From assembly GCA_965248265.1 (NCBI GenBank), contig CBDFJF010000001.1, forward strand, positions 2,368,001 through 2,432,000: a stretch of DNA of 64,000 bases. Reading direction: 5' to 3'. Each line of letters begins with the position of its first letter. Within the stretch, counting starts at the first letter, position 1. This stretch comes from Candidatus Latescibacterota bacterium. Its GTDB lineage: Bacteria > Latescibacterota > UBA2968 > UBA8231. Of the stretch, positions 20,692 through 30,423 are shown piece by piece. A program made the translations under genes and the position numbers. The notes beneath the pieces are model-generated. The model did no database searches. It was not told the origin of the DNA and worked only from the letters and a program-made list of their open reading frames with translations.

Positions 20692-21753
20692 TTATCCGAC
20701 CACTACCGGCTCCGGCTCAAGAATGATACCGAAGCGCTTTTCCACCGCTTCCTGAATCATCTCGCCCAGACGCACGACGTCGGCAGCCCGCTCACCGTGG
20801 GCGACGATGGCCAGGGCATGGTTCTCGGAGATACCCGCCTGGCCGTAGCGAAAACCCTTGCCGAATCCGGAGTTTTCGACCAGCCAGGCTGCGGGAATTT
20901 TCACACGCCCACCTGACTCTGGAAACTTCGGTATCTCGGAGCTGCGGTCGCCGACTGCCTGCCAGCGTTCCTCAACCGCATCCATCGGCGGACCGAGGAT
21001 GATCGGATTCAGGAAGTAGGAACCGGCCGAGCGTGCGTTCGGATCCTGCGGGTCGAGGACCATCGATTTGGTACGTCGCAGGGCGAGGACGGCCTCGCGT
21101 ACCGCGGGCGGGGTGGCGTCGCCGGATGCCTCCATGCGCTCACGCAGTTCGGGGTAATTCAACTCCACCCCTTTGACACCCCGGCGCAATCGAAAGCACA
21201 CCTGAGTAATGATGAAGCGGTCTCGATCGGCCGTCTTGAAGCGGCTGCTGCGGTAGCTGAACCCACATTCCTCCGCGGAGAAGGTGACCTCCTCAAGGCT
21301 GTCGCGATCCAGAGCCCGCACCTCAGTGATTGTCTGTGCCACCTCCTGACCATAGGCTCCGACATTCTGGATCGGCGTCGCACCGACCAGTCCGGGAATA
21401 CCCGAGAGGCACTCAATTCCACTCAAATCCGCCGCAATGGAGTGAACGACGAAGCCGTCCCAATCCTCTCCCGCCGCCGCCTTCAGGGTCACCCGCCCTG
21501 CACCATCATCGGCTATCTGCTCGATTCCCATGAGATCGACCTTGATAACCAATCCAGGATAGGTGCCGTCGGCGAAGATGGTGTTGCTGCCTGCTCCCAG
21601 AATCTGCACGGGAAGTGACCGCTCCCCGGCCCATTCGATGGAGGCGCGCAGCTGATCGAGGGTGGAGGAGGAGGACCAGTACCGGGTGCTGCCCCCTACT
21701 CCCATGGAAGTGTGAGGAGCCAGAGGTACGTGCTCCTGAACGGTGATGTCCAT
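20692..21753 (-). CDS. murB: UDP-N-acetylenolpyruvoylglucosamine reductase
   Basis: GAGSN, GIPGLVGATPIQNVGAYG, FSYRSSRFK, SAGSYFLNP, AAWLVE, LEPEP. Confidence 0.95.
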   Translation of the reverse strand: MDITVQEHVPLAPHTSMGVGGSTRYWSSSSTLDQLRASIEWAGERSLPVQILGAGSNTIFADGTYPGLVIKVDLMGIEQIADDGAGRVTLKAAAGEDWDGFVVHSIAADLSGIECLSGIPGLVGATPIQNVGAYGQEVAQTITEVRALDRDSLEEVTFSAEECGFSYRSSRFKTADRDRFIITQVCFRLRRGVKGVELNYPELRERMEASGDATPPAVREAVLALRRTKSMVLDPQDPNARSAGSYFLNPIILGPPMDAVEERWQAVGDRSSEIPKFPESGGRVKIPAAWLVENSGFGKGFRYGQAGISENHALAIVAHGERAADVVRLGEMIQEAVEKRFGIILEPEPVVVG

Positions 21754-21921
21754 CGATTCACTTCCTCGCCGTGAATGAACGGTTTCCGCACACATACGTT
21801 GTGTCTGCACTGAGTTACTTCCTGAAGGATAACGAATGCGGCAATGGATTTCACGCATCCAGATCGTTCTCGCACGACTTCCACTGGCGGTTCCAGGCAC
21901 CGCGTGCCTATCCTCTGTTTC

Positions 21922-23274
21922 ATGCGGACGACGATCTTACCTGAACTCATCGATGACCCGGATGTGCGGATCTCCGAGGAGATGCTACGCAATTGCGTCC
22001 ACTGTGGGTTCTGTAACGCCACTTGCCCGACCTACCTGATTACCGGCAACGAATTGGAAGGTCCGCGTGGGCGTATCTACCTGATCAAGAGCATGCTGGA
22101 GGGTCGCATTCAGCCGTCCCGCCAAACGGTCGCGCACATCGACCACTGTCTGGGTTGCCTCGCGTGTGAAACCACGTGCCCGAGTTCGGTCGCCTACCGG
22201 CACCTGCTCGAGGACGCACGGCCGCGACTGGATGGCATGCAGCCGCGGACCTTCGGGGATCGCCTGTTGCGTCTGCTGCTGACCCATCTGTTGCCTTATC
22301 GGGGCCGCTTCAGACTCGCCATGCGACTGACCGTGCTCGGCAAGCTTACCGCACCCCTGTTACCGGCGAGGATGCGCAACCTGCTGTCGATGGCTCCTGC
22401 CCGGCTGCCTGCACGCTCCCGTACAACGCGTCCGGGCGTGTCCCCTGCGCAGGGCGAGAAACGGATGCGAGTCGCCCTGCTCACTGGGTGTGTTCAGCAG
22501 GTTCTGGGACCGCAGATCAACGACGCCACGGTGCGTCTGCTCAATCGCCTCGGTGCTGAAGTGGTGATTCCTCGGGAAATGGGGTGCTGTGGCGCCCTGA
22601 CCTACCACATGGGTGAACGCACCCACAGCCTGGGATTGATGAGACGCAATATCGAGGTCTGGCATGAGGAGATTGCCGGGGAAGGCCTGGACGCCATTGT
22701 CCTGAATACGTCAGGGTGCGGCACGGTGGTCCGTGACTACGACCACATCTTTCGCAACGAACCGGCCATGGCGGAAAAAGCCCGCGCCGTCGCCGAGTGC
22801 GTCAGGGATATTTCAGAGGTCGTCGCCGATCTCGGCCTTCCCGCCACGACGGACACCTCCTCCGAGCGACCCGCGAAGGTCGCTGACGGGCTGCGTGGAC
22901 GGATCGCCAGATCCGTCAAGCGACCCGTAAGGGTCGCCTATCATGATGCGTGCTCCCTGCAACACGGTCAGCGGGTGAAAGAGGCACCGCGCGTGCTGCT
23001 CGCTCAGGCAGGCTTCGAAGTCGTCGAGGTTTCGGAGGGGCATATCTGCTGTGGAAGTGCTGGAACCTTCAACATGCTCGAGCCCGATCTTGCCGCCCAG
23101 CTGGGTGCGCGCAAAGCGGATGCCGTCACTCAAACCGAGGCTGATGTGGTGGCCGCCGGCAACATCGGCTGCATGGAGCAGATCGGCGGCGGCGTGGCGA
23201 TTCCGGTCGTCCACACGGTTGAGCTGCTGGACTGGGCGACGGGCGGTCCGTGCCCTGAGGCGCTCACTCAGTAG
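21922..23274 (+). CDS. glcF: Glycolate oxidase iron-sulfur subunit GlcF-like
   Basis: CVHCGFCNATCPTY, GPRGRIYLIK, CLGCLACETTCPS, two CCG domains, NIGC. Confidence 0.88.
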   Translation: MRTTILPELIDDPDVRISEEMLRNCVHCGFCNATCPTYLITGNELEGPRGRIYLIKSMLEGRIQPSRQTVAHIDHCLGCLACETTCPSSVAYRHLLEDARPRLDGMQPRTFGDRLLRLLLTHLLPYRGRFRLAMRLTVLGKLTAPLLPARMRNLLSMAPARLPARSRTTRPGVSPAQGEKRMRVALLTGCVQQVLGPQINDATVRLLNRLGAEVVIPREMGCCGALTYHMGERTHSLGLMRRNIEVWHEEIAGEGLDAIVLNTSGCGTVVRDYDHIFRNEPAMAEKARAVAECVRDISEVVADLGLPATTDTSSERPAKVADGLRGRIARSVKRPVRVAYHDACSLQHGQRVKEAPRVLLAQAGFEVVEVSEGHICCGSAGTFNMLEPDLAAQLGARKADAVTQTEADVVAAGNIGCMEQIGGGVAIPVVHTVELLDWATGGPCPEALTQ

Positions 23275-23287
23275 GCACGCCGCGGCG

Positions 23288-23926
23288 TCAGGCAGTCTCG
23301 CGCGCGGATGCGCCGGCCTGGATAACGAGCTGTTCGAGAATCTCGTAGGGTTGCGCCCCGACCACTTCCCGACTCCCCGCCATCGCAAAGGTCGGAACAC
23401 CGGTGACTCCCTGCTGCCTGCTACGCTCCCAATCCTCGTGCACGGCGGCGCGAAAACGGCGCGTTTGAAGCGCCTCGCGACAGGCTACTGATGGCAGTCC
23501 GACTCGCTCGGCGATAGCCGCCAGATTGTCCACATCGCCAATGTTGACGTTGTCGACGAAGTATGCCCTGAAGAGTGCATCGTGGATGCGATCGCCCGTT
23601 GGCCCCTGGCCCACCGCCCACATCGCCAACTCCTGGGCCAGGAGGCTGTTATATGTCATGATACGGTCGCCGTAGGGTAGCCCCTCCACCGCCATCAGCG
23701 TCTTCATGTGAGCCTGTGCCGCCGTAATGTCGATGGGCCGGCCGGCAAACGACTGGGCCAGCGTCTGCCCTTCGGCCGGCGTCTCGGGATGCAGTGGAAA
23801 ATGGACGAAACGGACTTCGATGTGGTATGCCTGCCGCAAACGCTCAATACGCACGGTACTGAGATAGCACCACGGTCACACGTAGTCGGAATACACCTCG
23901 AGTACGGCAGGATCGGACAGGCTCAT
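23288..23926 (-). CDS. DsbA/FrnE-family thiol oxidoreductase; predicted selenoprotein (UPWC), 212 aa
   Basis: ATG 23926 overlaps the upstream stop (ATGA) and gives MSLSDPAVLEVYSDYV-TGA(23878-23876)-PWCYLST, continuing in frame into the 188-aa ORF; C-terminal GVTGVPTF and GAQP. Confidence 0.85.
23843..23863 (-). promoter_or_regulatory. Putative bacterial SECIS hairpin CUCAGUAC-CGUGC-GUAUUGAG
   Basis: 8-bp stem with one G-U pair; the loop begins 21 nt after the UGA and has G then U at positions 2-3. Confidence 0.7.
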
Positions 23927-24697
23927 TCGCCCCTCGGATCAGCCCGCAGAGATTCCAGATTGTCTTTGAGCACAGCCATCCCATAATTCAATACGCTGCC
24001 GACATTGAGCATCTGATATCCCCAGCGGATTTTCTCCTGGATCTCGGGGACCTCACCCAGTGTGGTCGCCGCCACGATGCCCGTCCCTTCCAGGCGCCGG
24101 GGTACATCCTGCATGATCTCCTGCACCTCTTTGCATCCGGTCTGCGTCGCTTTGCCGAGTGAGGCGGACAGATCCATCGGCCACCATGATGACGTCGATG
24201 CCCTCCACCTTCACGATTTCGTCCAGATTCTCGTACGCCGTGACGCTCTCCATCTGCACGATCAGCACAGTCTCTTCATTCGCCGTGACGATGACGTGCT
24301 CGAAATCCTCTCCGACGATGATCTGCCAATTCGGAGAGATTCCGCGGTTACCCAAGGGTGGATAGCGCGCGTAGTCCACCGCCCGTGCCACAGCGTCTGC
24401 GTCATCCACCTGCGGCACCATCACAGCGACGGCGCCGGCATCATAGGTCTTCTTTATCAATGCCGGATCGTTCCAGGGTACCCGCACCACTGGCGCCACG
24501 CCGCGCAGACGCATGATCGCACATGCACCCGGGAGCGCTTCGGTGCCAAAGGGCTGATGTTCGGTGTCGATCCAGATGAAATCAGGTTTCGCACTGGCGA
24601 TGGCGCCGACCAGGTGCAGTGACGGACCGACGACGACGCCCGAGCCGAGGACGATCTCTCCACTCTTGAGCTTGCCCTTCAGCGGATTCGGGTACAT
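23923..24697 (-). pseudogene. HpcH/HpaI aldolase family, frameshifted near 24180 (true pseudogene or sequence error)
   Basis: DFIWIDTEH, DAGAVAVMVPQV, YPPLGNRG, QMES. The expected GPxDLSASLG motif is split across frames at GTG G CCG ATG GAT CTG. Confidence 0.75.
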
Positions 24698-24769
24698 GGA
24701 TATCTCCGTAGTGTTGATTGAGTATGGGATTGACGGATGAGAGGGACTACTAACAACCAGCGGCGCCGC

Positions 24770-25330
24770 TCACAGGACCAGCTCGATCTGACTGAGACTC
24801 TTCTTGTCCAGGTCCCTGAGATTGGCGATCTCGAAGCGGTTGCCGTCCACATCGACGAGCAGTAAGCGAAAATCGCCCAACCACTGCGCATTTTCGGTCA
24901 CGTTCTGGACGACGAACTCCCTCCGCCCACGATCCGTGCTCACATCCCAGTAAGAAGTCCCGAACTCCATACGGACTGAGTCGACGCGTTGGACCAGAGA
25001 GGTCAAATAACGGCGGTCGAGCTCCTCCGCTATGATCGTTTGAACCTCATCGTCGAGTATGGTTGGATCGGAGATGAGGCAGACTTCCTCGTCCTTGGCA
25101 TCGAGCAGACTGATATGGGTGTCGGGATGGGTCAGCGGGGCTGCCCGCACGATTTTCACCTTGGTGTAGGAACGGTCCCCATCGATGGTGAGCCGAAGCT
25201 GCCACGCCGGCTCACGGAAGAGACGGATGTCTCCGATTTCGACGGTCTCGGGATGAGTGACCGTGATCGGTGTCACCGCCAACCCGTCGGGCTTGCCGTT
25301 CTCCTTCGTCTTGTTGAGTTCCTCAGTCAT
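24770..25330 (-). CDS. DUF1854-like protein
   Basis: VRAAPLTHPD, EELDRRY, YWDVSTDRG, DVDGNRFEI; lies downstream of the ABC pair. Confidence 0.75.
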   Translation of the reverse strand: MTEELNKTKENGKPDGLAVTPITVTHPETVEIGDIRLFREPAWQLRLTIDGDRSYTKVKIVRAAPLTHPDTHISLLDAKDEEVCLISDPTILDDEVQTIIAEELDRRYLTSLVQRVDSVRMEFGTSYWDVSTDRGRREFVVQNVTENAQWLGDFRLLLVDVDGNRFEIANLRDLDKKSLSQIELVL

Positions 25331-25354
25331 CTATATGCCATTGAGTGTATTCCT

Positions 25355-27679
25355 TCAGCCACTGACCGCCATAATCGACGACGACTCCTGCTGGGTCATT
25401 ACCAGCTTGTAGAAGAACCCCTTGCGTTCCATCAGCTCCTCATGGGTACCGACCTCCGCCACCTTACCGTCATCGAGGACGACGAGGCGATCGGCACTCC
25501 TCAATGTCGACAATCGGTGCGCGATGGCAAAAGTCGTCCTGCCCTTCACCAGGCGGGCGATCGCCTGCTGGATCTTGGCCTCCGTTGGTGTGTCAAGGGA
25601 GGAGGTCGCCTCGTCTAGAATGAGAATCTTCGGATCGTGCAGGATCGCGCGGGCGATCGCGAGGCGCTGCTTCTCCCCGCCCGAGAGTTTGTCACCGCTT
25701 TCGCCGACGACCATGTCATAGCCCTCCGGCTTGGTGATGATGAACTCGTGGGCGTTGGCCGCCTTGGAAGCACGGAGCACATCCTCGAAGGTAGCTCCCG
25801 GTTTTCCATAGCTGATATTCTCGGCAATCGTCGAATTGAACAAAAAAGACTGCTGCGCCACGAGCCCCGTTTGCCGGCGCAGATCTTCCAGACGCAGATC
25901 GCGGATGTCGACCCCGTCTATCTGGAGGCTGCCGCGAGTCACATCATAAAATCGGGTGATCAGATTGATCATCGTCGTCTTACCCACCCCCGACTTGCCC
26001 ACCAGGCCAATCATCTCTCCCGGTTTGACTGCCAGATCTACGTCCTTGAGTACGGGCTTGCCTGAGTCGTACCCGAAGGAGGCATTACGGAATGTAACGG
26101 CGCCCTGGATGTCCGGGATCGGCACGGCGTCGGGATCCTCGAAGGGCTCCGTATTGGTGTCGATGACCTCGAAAATGCGCTCGGCACCAGCGTAAGCCCG
26201 CAACATGAAGCCGTAAAAATCGCCGAACCATTTCAGGGGTTGATACAACATCCACAGCAGCATGATGAACAGCATCAGATCACCCACCTGGAACGCGTCC
26301 GGGTGGTCGAACTCGTGGATGACCTGACTGCCGCCGAAGTACCAAACCAGGAAGACACCGCAACTCATGATGAAATTGGTAACCAGGAAGAACACGAGCC
26401 AGCTGCGCTCGGATGATACGCTGATGTTTCTGAGGTCGGTGTTGCGACGCTCGAATCGCTCTCCCTCGCGTCGTTCCTGCGCGAACGCTTTGACCACCCG
26501 GATGCCGCGAATCGACTCATTGATGTGGGAGGACAGACGCGACCACTTGGCCGACCAGCGTTGCCAGTAGGAGCCCATCCGCTTCCAGATCAGGCTGCTC
26601 ACGAGGACGATCGGCGGCACCGGCAGCAACACCAGCAGGGCGAGCTGCCAGCTGTTGTAGAACATCAAACCCAGGATACCCACCACCGTCATCGCGTTGA
26701 CGATGACGTAGGGCATATCGAAGATGATGTACGTCTCGACCAGATCGGAATCATTCGACATCCTGGAGATCAGCGAACCGACCTTGCGCTTGTCGTGATA
26801 GCGCAACGGCACATGGTGCATGGCCGTGTAGAGATCGACACGCATTTGCTCCACGGCCCGCAAACCGATGATGGATTGCAGCCAGCGCCGCAAGATCCAG
26901 GCGCCCCAACCGAAGAGATTTGCTCCTAGAGCGATCAGGACGTAGGTCAACAGCAGGGAGAGAGATTCATCGCCATCGGGTGTGGCGGGGGACGGATCGA
27001 TCGCCGGGTCGGCCGCTGCTTTCCAGTACCCGTCCCAGCCCACGAGTACATCGTTGATGATGTGCTTGGTGATGTAGGGTGGCACCAGATCAGTCAGCAC
27101 TTCAGCGATCATGATCAGGATCAGCACCGCCAGCTTGGTGCGATACGTCATCATGTAGCCGATCAACCGGCGCAGCGTGTCCAGCTTGTTCACGCAGGCG
27201 GGGCAAATACCGTCTTTTTCCGGCAACGCTCGATTGCAGGTCTCGCAACGGGTGCGCTCGACTTGCGTCGGCAGGACCATCTCGTCTCCGCGAGACAGCC
27301 GCTGAATGGCTTCCGCCACCTCCGTGAATTTCTGCGCCAGCGAACTGGAGTAGTACAGATGCCGTGATTCCGACCCGTCCGAGCGATCGACCTCGAGCCG
27401 CCCACCACCGACAAGGGCCTCGACACGCGCCTCGCGCACATCGGCCAGAGGCACTGGCGTTGTCTGGTCCGTTCCGTTGGCCGCCACGAACAGCAGCTGG
27501 CGGTCGGTGACGACGAACCAGCGTTCGTCGAAACGCGACATGTCCGCCATGTCGGTGGCGACGCGGATGAGTACGGTCTCGTCGGCGGCTACGTGCCCGG
27601 AGATCGCCCGTTCTACGTCGTCAGGGGGCGCTTCGATGAACGGATGTGGTGCGTCGATGGTTTCCCCCGAGGTGTCCAT
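25355..27679 (-). CDS. ABC transporter, fused permease/ATPase (exporter type) with an N-terminal extension and CxxC...CPAC zinc ribbon
   Basis: GKSGVGKT, LSGGEKQR, ILDEATSSLD; multiple TM segments; TGATG coupling to the upstream paralog. Confidence 0.92.
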   Translation of the reverse strand: MDTSGETIDAPHPFIEAPPDDVERAISGHVAADETVLIRVATDMADMSRFDERWFVVTDRQLLFVAANGTDQTTPVPLADVREARVEALVGGGRLEVDRSDGSESRHLYYSSSLAQKFTEVAEAIQRLSRGDEMVLPTQVERTRCETCNRALPEKDGICPACVNKLDTLRRLIGYMMTYRTKLAVLILIMIAEVLTDLVPPYITKHIINDVLVGWDGYWKAAADPAIDPSPATPDGDESLSLLLTYVLIALGANLFGWGAWILRRWLQSIIGLRAVEQMRVDLYTAMHHVPLRYHDKRKVGSLISRMSNDSDLVETYIIFDMPYVIVNAMTVVGILGLMFYNSWQLALLVLLPVPPIVLVSSLIWKRMGSYWQRWSAKWSRLSSHINESIRGIRVVKAFAQERREGERFERRNTDLRNISVSSERSWLVFFLVTNFIMSCGVFLVWYFGGSQVIHEFDHPDAFQVGDLMLFIMLLWMLYQPLKWFGDFYGFMLRAYAGAERIFEVIDTNTEPFEDPDAVPIPDIQGAVTFRNASFGYDSGKPVLKDVDLAVKPGEMIGLVGKSGVGKTTMINLITRFYDVTRGSLQIDGVDIRDLRLEDLRRQTGLVAQQSFLFNSTIAENISYGKPGATFEDVLRASKAANAHEFIITKPEGYDMVVGESGDKLSGGEKQRLAIARAILHDPKILILDEATSSLDTPTEAKIQQAIARLVKGRTTFAIAHRLSTLRSADRLVVLDDGKVAEVGTHEELMERKGFFYKLVMTQQESSSIMAVSG

Positions 27680-29949
27680 CACTCCCCGACTGCGATAATT
27701 CTGGAGGCTTCACGCTGCAGGTTGACGAGTTCGTAAAACGCCCCTTTGCGCTCCATCAACTCCTCGTGCGTGCCGACCTCGATCACCCGTCCGCCGTCGA
27801 GAACCATCAGTCGATCTGCGTGCCTCAACGTCGACAAGCGGTGCGAGACCGCGAAGGTGGTTCGACCTTCGACCATGCGACCGATCGCTTCCTGGATCTG
27901 CTTTTCCGTTTCCACGTCGACGGAAGAGGTCGCTTCATCCAGAATGAGAATACGCGGATTGTGCAGCATGGCCCTGGCGATGGCCACTCTCTGGCGCTCG
28001 CCTCCAGAAAGACTATTGCCTTGCTCGCCAACCTGCGTCTCATAGCCGTCCGGTTTGGCGATGATGAAGTTGTGCGCGTTGGCCAATCGCGCCGCATCGA
28101 TGATCTCCTCAAAACGCGCATCCGGATTACCGTACCCGATGTTCTCAGCAATAGTCCCGCTGAAGAGAACCGGTTCCTGCAGCACGATGCCGATTTGACG
28201 CCGTAGATCCCTCAGTTTTATCCGGCGCAGATCCACCCCGTCAATGGAGATGCTTCCGTGATCGACATCGTAGAAACGGGCTATGAGATTGATCGTCGTC
28301 GTCTTGCCCACGCCCGAGCGGCCGACGAGACCGATCATCTCGCCGGGGCGGACATCGATGTTGACATCGTGCAGGACAGGTTTGCTCTTGTCGTAGCCGA
28401 AGGTTACATGCTCGAAGGTGACGCGGCCCTCCATCCTGGGCATGCGCACGGCATTCGGATCCTCGTACGCTTCAGGCTCGGTATCGATGACTTCAAAGAT
28501 GCGCTCGGCTCCGGCGAAGGCGCGCGTGATCCATGAGTTGACCTGGCCGAACCATTCCAGCGGACCGTATACCATCCACATGTAAGCGAGAATCTGCACC
28601 AGCATGCCGAGGGTGAGCTCACCCTCCATGACTTCCTGACCGCCAAAGAACCAGACGATCAGCACACCCATGCCGGTGAGCAGCGTGATCGTCGAAAAGA
28701 AAATCGTGCGGTTGACGTTGGTGGCGATGCCGGCGTCGTTGGCTTCCGTGTTCACCTTCATGAAGGTGCCGATCTCGCGCTTCTCTTGGGCGAAGGCCTT
28801 GACGACCCGGACCCCGGCGAGTGATTCGGCAGTGCGGTCAGTCAGCTGTGACCATTTCTCATTCCATTTCTTGAACAGGCGGTGCATCCGTTTCCAGAAG
28901 ACGCCGCCCCACAGCAGCAGCGGTGGAATCGGAATCAGCGTCAGGAGGGTCAATTCCCAACTCGTCCACAGCATGAACGCCAGAATGCCGATGATCATCA
29001 GTCCGTTGATGATCAGATAGGGCAAACCGTCGACGATGAATTCCTGCAACCCGCCCGTGTCACGCGTCACCCTCGACATCAGCGCGCCGACGCGCCGCTT
29101 GTCATAGAACTGGAGCGACAACCGCTCCATCTGCTGGTACAGCTCGCTCCGGATATCCGCAGTAGCATGCGCGCCCAGCCAGGTAACTACCCACCCGTGC
29201 ACCCACTCCGCCCCCCAGGCCAACACACGAACGCCGATCAGGCCGAGGACGAGAATCCCCAGAAGCCGCAAGCGCTCGTCAACTGGCCCTTTGTCAAGCA
29301 GAGCATCGTCGATGATGAGCCTGGTCAAGTACGGCGGCATCAATTCGGCGCCCGTCGTCGCCAGCGACGATACCGCCAGGATGACAGCACGCACTCGATA
29401 CGGCGCCATATAGCTGCAGATGCGCTTCAGCGTCGTCCAGCGCTTGATGCAAGCAGGGCAGATACCGTTTTTCTCAGGCAGCAGCCGATTGCATTTCTCG
29501 CATCGGATTCGATCCAGCTCGGGGTTGATGAAGAAATTCTCCCCCTTGCGCAACTGTTCCAGACCGCGAGCCACCTCCGAGAACTTCGGCCCCATCGTAC
29601 CGGAGTACGGCACGATCACTGTCGGCTCTCCGAACCGTTCGATCTCCAGTTGGCCACCACCGACCAGCGGTTCCGTGCGGATCACGCGCATTCGCGACAC
29701 CGGGATGTCCGTCTCATCCAGTGCGCCATTTCGCTGACCGAGCACGACTGCCCGCTTTGGCGTCACCACCACCCATTGCTCTCCCTCGAAGCGCCGATCG
29801 GCACTCAGGTCTGAGCGCACCTGGATTAGCACGTCTTCTCCAGGTTGCAGCACTCCCCGGAGGCGCTCTTCCACGGAGCCCTCGGCCCGTTCCAGAAGCG
29901 CATGCGAAGATGCCTTCGCCGGCGCCTGACGATGCGGTGATGTCGTCAA
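27679..29949 (-). CDS. ABC transporter, fused permease/ATPase, paralog of the downstream gene
   Basis: GRSGVGKT, LSGGERQR, ILDEATSSVD; CEKC...CPAC. Confidence 0.92.
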   Translation of the reverse strand: MTTSPHRQAPAKASSHALLERAEGSVEERLRGVLQPGEDVLIQVRSDLSADRRFEGEQWVVVTPKRAVVLGQRNGALDETDIPVSRMRVIRTEPLVGGGQLEIERFGEPTVIVPYSGTMGPKFSEVARGLEQLRKGENFFINPELDRIRCEKCNRLLPEKNGICPACIKRWTTLKRICSYMAPYRVRAVILAVSSLATTGAELMPPYLTRLIIDDALLDKGPVDERLRLLGILVLGLIGVRVLAWGAEWVHGWVVTWLGAHATADIRSELYQQMERLSLQFYDKRRVGALMSRVTRDTGGLQEFIVDGLPYLIINGLMIIGILAFMLWTSWELTLLTLIPIPPLLLWGGVFWKRMHRLFKKWNEKWSQLTDRTAESLAGVRVVKAFAQEKREIGTFMKVNTEANDAGIATNVNRTIFFSTITLLTGMGVLIVWFFGGQEVMEGELTLGMLVQILAYMWMVYGPLEWFGQVNSWITRAFAGAERIFEVIDTEPEAYEDPNAVRMPRMEGRVTFEHVTFGYDKSKPVLHDVNIDVRPGEMIGLVGRSGVGKTTTINLIARFYDVDHGSISIDGVDLRRIKLRDLRRQIGIVLQEPVLFSGTIAENIGYGNPDARFEEIIDAARLANAHNFIIAKPDGYETQVGEQGNSLSGGERQRVAIARAMLHNPRILILDEATSSVDVETEKQIQEAIGRMVEGRTTFAVSHRLSTLRHADRLMVLDGGRVIEVGTHEELMERKGAFYELVNLQREASRIIAVGE

Positions 29950-30027
29950 GACAGTTGCGTCCGTACCGATTTAATCATTCATCAAATGTCCGCTCCATCC
30001 GCCATACGCGCCACAGCGCGAGCTAGC

Positions 30028-30279
30028 TCAAAGTATCGACTCCAGTGTCTCCTCAAGGTCCAGCGTCTCCTCGAGGTCCAGTATCTCCTCGACCTCTGGA
30101 CTCCGCGACCTGGCCTGCTCACGCCGCCGGCGTTGTCGGGCGAATGGGGTCTCGATTCCGTAGAGGCGACAGAGGCGGCCGAAGGTGCCACCGGCAATAC
30201 CCAGGGCCCTGCTGGCCTCCTGGTTGCTGGCATAGACACGAGCAGCCCGCTCGATCCAGTCCTGCGGTATTTTCTGCAT
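30028..30279 (-). CDS. Small stand-alone Fis-like helix-turn-helix protein (83 aa) with an acidic repeat tail
   Basis: SD-like GAGGAAGAGGG before ATG 30279; SNQEASRALGIAGGTFGRLCRLYGI fits the Fis HTH pattern; LDLEET occurs twice. Confidence 0.7.
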   Translation of the reverse strand: MQKIPQDWIERAARVYASNQEASRALGIAGGTFGRLCRLYGIETPFARQRRRREQARSRSPEVEEILDLEETLDLEETLESIL

Positions 30280-30334
30280 GGTCCCTCTTCCTCGTTTGTG
30301 TTGCCACGTCCACTCGCGGCAACCGGTGATGCAC

Positions 30335-30389
30335 AAAAAAATGGCTGCGGTCCTCCGGATTTTTCTCTTCCTCCGCAGGCCCGCAGCCA
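30335..30389 (-). terminator. Intrinsic terminator-like hairpin 2 (TGGCTGCGG...CCGCAGCCA + T7)
   Basis: 9-bp perfect base stem with inner pairing, followed by 7 T on the minus strand. Confidence 0.7.
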
Positions 30390-30423
30390 AAAAAAAACCG
30401 TAGGGAATCGCTCCCTACGGTTT
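30389..30423 (-). terminator. Intrinsic terminator hairpin 1 (CCGTAGGGA-GCGAT-TCCCTACGG + T9)
   Basis: Perfect 9-bp stem (12 bp with AAA/TTT) followed by 9 T. Confidence 0.85.
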
